Source: an uncultured Bacteriovoracaceae bacterium (GTDB lineage Bacteria; Bdellovibrionota; Bacteriovoracia; Bacteriovoracales; Bacteriovoracaceae). From it: 64,000 bases of DNA. Positions 58,276 to 64,000 of this stretch are shown here, piece by piece (the stretch's first letter is position 1; every line of letters begins with the position of its first letter). The stretch spans positions 1 through 64,000 of the forward strand of contig CAXGUD010000009.1 in NCBI GenBank assembly GCA_964012805.1. Direction: 5' to 3'. A program made the position numbers and the translations under genes. The notes under the pieces are model-generated. The model worked only from the letters and a program-made list of their open reading frames with translations, was not told where the DNA came from and did not search any database.

Positions 58276-60003
58276 TTAGTTTTTTATACTATCAATTCGA
58301 AGAGAAGGGTCTCCTAAAAGGTGATACCATTTTAAATTGTCGATAACTTCTTTTTTAGTGGAGTGCTTTTTAAAAAGCTCCATTTGACCATTAAAAAGTA
58401 ACTTCCCCAGGTGAGTACTCTTACCCTTTGCTAAAATCTGGTTAATAATAACTGCCATTTTGGCCGGTGGATGCCAAGATATATCTACACTTCCACCATA
58501 ATACGCAACAGCTCCAATCAAAGAGTCATTCCCTTTTGTCTCATTGAGAAACCTCTCACCTAGTCTATTATCAAAAGAGAAACGTCCGTTCTGGCAGGCA
58601 ACATCAATAATAACTGGTTTAACCTTCCCCTTTCCATCTATGTTTTTCACGTCGTTAGAATGATAACTTCTTGAATGGAGGCTAGGCCAAGTGCTCCCTT
58701 CACCGTGACCAATATAGTTAAGCCAAATAGCTCCCTTATTTAGTACCTTATTAATGTTTTCTGGAGTTGAATTTATTTTTTCCTGCAGAAACTTATAAGG
58801 TCGCAAACCAAAAGCTTTTTCAAGTGGATTTTGCATATTTTTTAAATATTCTACATCAGTAGGATCATACCCTTCGTCAGATGCAATACCAATTTGCCTC
58901 TTATAACCAGATTTATTAGCATAAGCTCCTTTCTCAAATTGAATCGTTTTAAGAACTTGTACTTCAAGGTCCTGCAAACTATCGACAACAAATCGACCAT
59001 AAAAAACGTCAGGAATGTTATCTCTTAGGCCCCCCATAGTAAAATAATCTAAATCAGAAGGAGTTTTGTCATGAGAGTCTGTTTTAACATAATTTGTCGG
59101 CATGATTTCTTCATGCCCCAAAAGAAGCGCCCAAGAAAAAGCGTCCCTTTTGTATTCAGAACGAAAAAATGATTTTACATCCTTAGCACTTTGACCAAGG
59201 CCCTCTAAAGATATTAATTTAACTTTAAACCCTTGTTCCTCTTTCCACTTCTTCCACGGCTCAAGAGCTTCAAAAAACCTTTCAGGACCCACAACAACAA
59301 ATTTTTTATTTGTAACAGAGTCTACTTCCAATAAATCTTTGACTTCATGAGAGGCCACAATATTTTTTGATTTATCAAAGATAGAAAACTCAATTTTAGG
59401 ATAGACAAATAATTCTCTATCCATCCCATCATAACGGGAGGGGTACAGCTTAATTCTAGAGATCTCAATACCTCTAAAATCACCTAGGTAGTCAATTTCA
59501 TACAGCTCATTGAATTCATCCTCATAAGTTTCTCTATCAAGTGGTTCAATTTCATCTCCCTCTTTTAAGCATCTACATGGTAACTTCAAGTTTGGTCTGG
59601 GAAGAATATTCGACACCTTCTTGACGGGGCCTTCACGCACATCCACTATAAAATCTGATGGCCTTCCCTCCATAAAAAGGGCCAAATAAGGAAGTCTTGG
59701 CTTATTAATTTCATCAGTGTTCTTTAGCCTTGGAAATACCAGGTCGGTAAATTTACCGTCTCCAAGAAATTTATTACTTTTAGAGTCCATTAAATTGGCT
59801 GATTTAAGAGAAAACCTCACTCTTTTTCCCTTCAAACCACGATTTTCTATATTTGCGATGGTCATTCTATTGGCAATACCACCAGTTTCATTAAAATAAA
59901 TGGTCTCGGATAAAGCTGGATTAGAAAAAATTATTAAAAAGGTAAAAACTCGCAAAAAAAGCCTTGAATTAAAATTCTCCATTGGAAAATTCTTTTTTTT
60001 CAT
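58276..60003 (-). CDS. C25 (gingipain-like) cysteine peptidase with propeptide
   Basis: WKEEQGF, SDLDY, PDVFYGRF, NYIGHG (His), DVACQNG (Cys), LLGDPSL. Confidence 0.88.
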   Translation of the reverse strand: MKKKNFPMENFNSRLFLRVFTFLIIFSNPALSETIYFNETGGIANRMTIANIENRGLKGKRVRFSLKSANLMDSKSNKFLGDGKFTDLVFPRLKNTDEINKPRLPYLALFMEGRPSDFIVDVREGPVKKVSNILPRPNLKLPCRCLKEGDEIEPLDRETYEDEFNELYEIDYLGDFRGIEISRIKLYPSRYDGMDRELFVYPKIEFSIFDKSKNIVASHEVKDLLEVDSVTNKKFVVVGPERFFEALEPWKKWKEEQGFKVKLISLEGLGQSAKDVKSFFRSEYKRDAFSWALLLGHEEIMPTNYVKTDSHDKTPSDLDYFTMGGLRDNIPDVFYGRFVVDSLQDLEVQVLKTIQFEKGAYANKSGYKRQIGIASDEGYDPTDVEYLKNMQNPLEKAFGLRPYKFLQEKINSTPENINKVLNKGAIWLNYIGHGEGSTWPSLHSRSYHSNDVKNIDGKGKVKPVIIDVACQNGRFSFDNRLGERFLNETKGNDSLIGAVAYYGGSVDISWHPPAKMAVIINQILAKGKSTHLGKLLFNGQMELFKKHSTKKEVIDNLKWYHLLGDPSLRIDSIKN

Positions 60004-60256
60004 AAATTGCTCCTTATATGTCTTGATAATTTGAAATGGGCCTAAATCTTTAATTAAAGGCCAAAACTGAAGCCTCCATCGATTTATTGGGTAAAAATAA
60101 TAAGAAGCTGTGAACTTTTTTCCTGTGGATGAAAATTTTTCCCCTCAAAATAAAAATCCTCCTTTTTCTAAGGTTTATTTCTCTAAAAATTACGGATGTT
60201 TTGACTTTTTTGGGTATATTTCATAGGAAAAAGGTCTATATGAACTGAGGTATTGA

Positions 60257-61012
60257 ATGAATCCAAAAAACCTTTTTTCCCTAGGGGAAAATACTCACAT
60301 TCAAGGTGATGCCACTTCAAAGGAACCTTACTTTCAAGTTTTAGGGGAAAGAAAGGTGAGTCTTATCCTTGCAGATCCTCCCTACTGTCTTCTCACCAGG
60401 AGGAGAAAAGATGGGAGATTACGGGATCCCAAAAGGGCAAAAATCGAGCATGAAGCCGTTAGGCGATTTGAAAACGGAAAGGAATATACAAAGTTCACTT
60501 TATCTTGGATGGAAAAAGCAATTTCTTATCTTGAAGAAAGCGGACATTTTATAATTTGGACTAACTTTCTGGGAAAAGCTCCTATAATGAAAGTTGCTGA
60601 AGATATTGGCCTCTTTTTCCATGGGGAATACACATGGGCAAAATGGTCAAAAGGAGGCAGCGGCAATGAGAGGCTGGCAAGGGCATACGAGGTAGCTCTT
60701 ATCTTCGGAAAATATCAGGTCAAAGAATTAAAGGATACCGACAGTTGCCCCCCTCGATTTTGCATTAATAATTATGATGAGGAAAAAGAAGGGCTTAAAT
60801 GGGGTAATCATCCTAATCACAAATCCTTTTCTGTTCTTGAGCCTCTGATTCGCTTTTACACAACTCCGGGAGATTGTGTTTTAGACCCCTTCACTGGCTC
60901 TGGGTCAACTCCTGCAGCTTGCTTAAAACTAAAGAGGTCAATAGCTGGAATAGAGCTAAGACCACAATGGGCCGAAATGACACAATTAAGACTGAAGAGC
61001 TTTCAAGGATAA
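60257..61012 (+). CDS. Site-specific DNA methyltransferase (N6A/N4C, beta class), orphan
   Basis: LILADPPY (motif IV) before HPNHK and VLDPFTGSGST (motif I). Confidence 0.85.
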   Translation: MNPKNLFSLGENTHIQGDATSKEPYFQVLGERKVSLILADPPYCLLTRRRKDGRLRDPKRAKIEHEAVRRFENGKEYTKFTLSWMEKAISYLEESGHFIIWTNFLGKAPIMKVAEDIGLFFHGEYTWAKWSKGGSGNERLARAYEVALIFGKYQVKELKDTDSCPPRFCINNYDEEKEGLKWGNHPNHKSFSVLEPLIRFYTTPGDCVLDPFTGSGSTPAACLKLKRSIAGIELRPQWAEMTQLRLKSFQG

Positions 61013-61298
61013 CAATAAAATTTATTGAACTTTCAAAAAGGGTAAAAGAAAATCCCTTAAACCCTGCTCTATTATGAGCTTTTTCCAAAGATTTTGCCTT
61101 AAAGGCCCATAATTATGGCAATTTCATATTGTAAAGGTATGAAAAACAGAGTAACTTCATCCTACCTTTTTGGGGACTGTTTGAGATTTTGGATAAATAG
61201 TCTAGAATCAAGAGTTGATAAAATAAGGGGACTCCTTTTTAGAGTCCTGCATTAAGTGATAATTTATAACTAAAAAAACAATAAAAGGAAGAGAGTAC

Positions 61299-61526
61299 AT
61301 GAGTTCAGAATCAGCTATTAAGGTTGTCATTGATGGAAGCCGTTTTGGTGTAGAAGGGTCTTTAAAGAAGTTTAAAAGGCTCTGTGAAGCTGCTGGAGTA
61401 CTCAAAGAGTATAGAAAAAGAAAAGAATTCAAAAAGCCTTCTGTTAGAAAAAAAGAAAAAGTTGAAGCTGCGAACAAAAGAAAAGCCAAAGACAAGGCCA
61501 AAGCAAAAAGAAATACCAAAATTTAA
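61299..61526 (+). CDS. rpsU: 30S ribosomal protein S21
   Basis: LKKFKR...GVLKEYRKRKEFKKPSVRKK. Confidence 0.93.
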   Translation: MSSESAIKVVIDGSRFGVEGSLKKFKRLCEAAGVLKEYRKRKEFKKPSVRKKEKVEAANKRKAKDKAKAKRNTKI

Positions 61527-61575
61527 GAATTTCTTAAATAATCAATAAAATAAACGTTTAAAAGGGTTCGAATTA

Positions 61576-62160
61576 ATGGGCCTCCTGTTTGTTATGCCTG
61601 TTTCGGAAAAAGAAACTGATAGAGTTTCGATTTCCGACAACGGGAAATCCTCCTCGAAAATTACACTTAAATCTTATGGGCTTCCTCTGATTTTCTGGGG
61701 CTACTGTCTCGGAATCTTAGTCACACTCTTTATTATGTACACGGCTGCTTCAAAACCTCTGATTAAACTTGGGAACAATGGGGATATTTACAGCCTTTTA
61801 ATTTATTACGCTGTATGGCTAACCTTTTCTGCGATTCCTCTAGTTCTTGTTGTTGCGCTTTTTTATGAAAAGTCCTTTATAAAGTCTGACCTGTCTCTTT
61901 CTATAAAGCATAAAGTCATGGGGATCCCATTATTTTGGAAAAACATAACCCTAAGAAGCAAAGACTCTTTTATTGTTGAGCATTATATGGACACCCCCAA
62001 CGTCGCCAGGAAAAAGCAGGTGGAAAAGCTCAGAGCATTTCAAAATCAAGGCCACTTCGTGCTCAAGGCCCATTTAGAAAATGATAAATTTCTCTTGATT
62101 GATAGACATAGTAGGAGGGCCGACTTGAAAAAGATCGCGGCCCTTTTGTCAAAGTATTAA
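61576..62160 (+). CDS. Hypothetical membrane protein
   Basis: Two TM segments followed by a soluble domain. Confidence 0.7.
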   Translation: MGLLFVMPVSEKETDRVSISDNGKSSSKITLKSYGLPLIFWGYCLGILVTLFIMYTAASKPLIKLGNNGDIYSLLIYYAVWLTFSAIPLVLVVALFYEKSFIKSDLSLSIKHKVMGIPLFWKNITLRSKDSFIVEHYMDTPNVARKKQVEKLRAFQNQGHFVLKAHLENDKFLLIDRHSRRADLKKIAALLSKY

Positions 62161-62191
62161 AAGAAGACAACTCTTTAGGTCTTTTTTCTTT

Positions 62192-62932
62192 TTATTTTTT
62201 CTTTAAAGGCTTGTTGAATTTTTTTGAATCAGAAGGCCGGCTTTTCGAATAACTCTTACCTTGAGAACCATTAATCCTTCTTTGGTTTGAGGTTTTGCGG
62301 TCCCTATTTGTTTCTGTGTGCCTACCACTATCTGGAGTCTCGTTCCTCTTTGGCTCATCGGAACCTTCCAGGTCGTCAGTTTTAAAACCTTTTGGCCTAC
62401 GGTATCCACCAGAAGAAACTTTAGAAAGAAGTGAAACTTCATCTTCTGTTACTTCTTTATTCTCATCCCAAGTTCGAAACCATTTCTTCTTATTCTCAGT
62501 TCTTTTCTGAGCTGACTCTGTTCGTCTCTGCTCCTTAGTCTCGTCTATACTCGTATTTTTTCTAACCCTTGTTGAAGGTTTCTTAAAGCCGCCCTTTTTC
62601 ATTTTGTTTCTAAGTGCCTCGTTATCTTTTTTCTTATCATGCTCAGAGAGGTCGAGAATGACGATTTCATCACCACAAATCTTAGTCTGGCAAGAAAGCC
62701 TCTCTTTGGTAATATGAAAGACATTACCTAAAAGCTGCACTTCTTCAAAAGGAGGAGTTGTAAGAGCATCTTCTCCAGCTATCACTTTTACCCGACAATC
62801 TGTACAACTAGCGACACCTCCACAACTAGACTTTATATACACTCCCTTCTCTTTTAAGGCCTCAAGAATAGATTTATCCTCATCTATTTCAAACTCCTGG
62901 CCAGAAGGCTTCAGCATTACTTTTTTGGTCAT
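62192..62932 (-). CDS. 2Fe-2S ferredoxin domain protein with long basic disordered tail
   Basis: CGGVASCTDC...RLSCQ; ATG 62932 (MTKKVMLKPSG). Confidence 0.85.
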   Translation of the reverse strand: MTKKVMLKPSGQEFEIDEDKSILEALKEKGVYIKSSCGGVASCTDCRVKVIAGEDALTTPPFEEVQLLGNVFHITKERLSCQTKICGDEIVILDLSEHDKKKDNEALRNKMKKGGFKKPSTRVRKNTSIDETKEQRRTESAQKRTENKKKWFRTWDENKEVTEDEVSLLSKVSSGGYRRPKGFKTDDLEGSDEPKRNETPDSGRHTETNRDRKTSNQRRINGSQGKSYSKSRPSDSKKFNKPLKKK

Positions 62933-62977
62933 AGAGTTTCCCCCTAACAATGATATCTTTGATATCTTATTTAAAAA

Positions 62978-63262
62978 CTACAACAAGTTCCTAAGTCCAT
63001 CTTCTAGGCCCTTAGAAATCTTTGAACTCAAAGGTTTAAGCAAAAAGGAAAGAGATATTTCAACCACACATCGATCCTCTTGGAAGATAAAAGAAGCTTT
63101 AAACCCTTTCCCAGTCCCCTCTATAAAACCTTTTTCTTTATCAAACTCAATTTTTATCTTTAGCTTAAATTGGGATAAGAAGCTTGGATCTATTTTTTCT
63201 TTAACAAGATCAAAAGCCTCATCACCGTTATTTGCGACTTGATAAGGTATCTCCAACTTCAC
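62978..63262 (-). CDS. Small protein resembling the 'polyhydroxyalkanoic acid system' family
   Basis: GKGFKA...VEISLSFLLKPLSSKI pattern; 94 aa. Confidence 0.55.
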   Translation of the reverse strand: MKLEIPYQVANNGDEAFDLVKEKIDPSFLSQFKLKIKIEFDKEKGFIEGTGKGFKASFIFQEDRCVVEISLSFLLKPLSSKISKGLEDGLRNLL

Positions 63263-63276
63263 TTATTCTCCCATTT

Positions 63277-63744
63277 TTAAAGGTGACCTGTGGAACCAAA
63301 TCCTCTCGTACCTCTTTCTGTCTGACTCAATTCACCATCCCACACTTTAAACTCTGCTCTCCAAACAGGCGCGAGAACAATTTGTGCGACTCTTTCACCA
63401 TGAGCTATAACTTCTTCATTAGTACCGAGGTTACCCAAAATAACCTTCAGCTCTCCACGATAATCCGAGTCAATCGTCCCAGGTGAGTTTAAAACCATCA
63501 GGCTTGTTTTAAAGGAAAGGCCCGACCTAGGCCTTACTTGAACTTCATAACCCTCTGGAATTTCTAATGATAGACCAGTTGGCAAAAGAGCTTTTTCTCC
63601 AGGTGCTAGAGTCAAAGACTCTTTATCAGGAAAGGAAACTCTCAAATCAGCTCCAGCAGCTTGCAAACTTTCATAAGCCGGAAGACAAAAGCTAGAATCA
63701 AAGTGACTCAGCTTTTTAACTTTTACGACAACTGACCTTTCCAT
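63277..63744 (-). CDS. dut: dUTP diphosphatase
   Basis: AAGADL, RPRSGLS, NSPGTIDSDYRGE, RVAQ, RGTRGFGSTG; AAGGAG RBS before ATG 63744. Confidence 0.95.
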   Translation of the reverse strand: MERSVVVKVKKLSHFDSSFCLPAYESLQAAGADLRVSFPDKESLTLAPGEKALLPTGLSLEIPEGYEVQVRPRSGLSFKTSLMVLNSPGTIDSDYRGELKVILGNLGTNEEVIAHGERVAQIVLAPVWRAEFKVWDGELSQTERGTRGFGSTGHL

Positions 63745-63769
63745 AAATTGCTTATCTCCTTTAAAATGC

Positions 63770-63800
63770 AAAAAGGCGGCCCTGACAAAGCCGCCTTTTT
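63770..63800. terminator. Intrinsic terminator (symmetrical) after pnp
   Basis: AAAAAGGCGGC-cctgacaaa-GCCGCCTTTTT perfect 11-bp inverted repeat. Confidence 0.85.
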
Positions 63801-63837
63801 ATGCTCCAATTAAGGAATTTTTCAAACCTATTTTAAT

Positions 63838-64000
63838 TTAGCTTTTTTTACCAAGCGGCTTAACAGCTTTGGCAGAAAGCTTAATTTTTCCCATTCTATC
63901 GACATCTAGGACTTTAACCTCTACCTCGTCTCCTTCACTCAAGTATTCATGAATGTCGTTGACTCTTTCATTAGCAACTTCTGAAATATGAACAAGTCCC
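63838..64000 (-). CDS. pnp: Polyribonucleotide nucleotidyltransferase, C-terminal S1 domain (partial; not in the ORF track)
   Basis: Reverse strand reads GLVHISEVANERVNDIHEYLSEGDEVEVKVLDVDRMGKIKLSAKAVKPLGKKS*. Confidence 0.85.
   Translation of the reverse strand, partial: GLVHISEVANERVNDIHEYLSEGDEVEVKVLDVDRMGKIKLSAKAVKPLGKKS

Noticed and set aside
61208..61519. 103-aa minus-strand ORF
   Set aside because: Antisense shadow of rpsU
61521..61539. Perfect inverted repeat ATTTAAGAA-T-TTCTTAAAT at the rpsU stop
   Set aside because: AT-only with a 1-nt loop and no U-tract; plausible by chance in this AT-rich DNA
382..63486. Numerous 60-145 aa ORFs antisense or out of frame within long genes (e.g. 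897..1220, 21468..21902, 42213..42476, 62925..63242)
   Set aside because: They lie inside or largely overlap well-supported CDSs and have no recognisable motifs

Overview
AT-rich (roughly 35% GC by eye) bacterial chromosomal window. The gene content (many secreted hydrolases, a CheA-like membrane kinase, several conserved hypotheticals) suggests a predatory Bdellovibrionota (Bacteriovoracaceae-like) organism; this is inference only. From left to right it holds: an LPS cluster (msbA plus GT4, GT2 and GT9 glycosyltransferases); a Na+/proline symporter; an orphan fabF-like gene; an AT-richer block (collagen-like protein, minimal kinase, phospholipase D, permuted papain-like enzyme, CheA-like kinase with response regulator, GNAT, frameshifted yqaE) ending at tRNA-Leu(GAG); two tandem MnmA paralogues (D-type and C-type); an orphan C5 DNA methyltransferase; an S8 protease; an apparent two-gene operon of a plant-type ~1075-aa methionine S-methyltransferase coupled to a 1266-aa triple-repeat pseudo-signalling protein; pyrB, a fused carA-carB and pyrF; C45 and C25 peptidases; an orphan N4/N6 methyltransferase; rpsU, dut and the 3' end of pnp. 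I found no CRISPR array, rRNA, integrase or transposase. The best candidate for an undescribed system is the methionine S-methyltransferase/triple-repeat locus (29.3-36.3 kb). All family assignments come from reading motifs by eye, with no database search.
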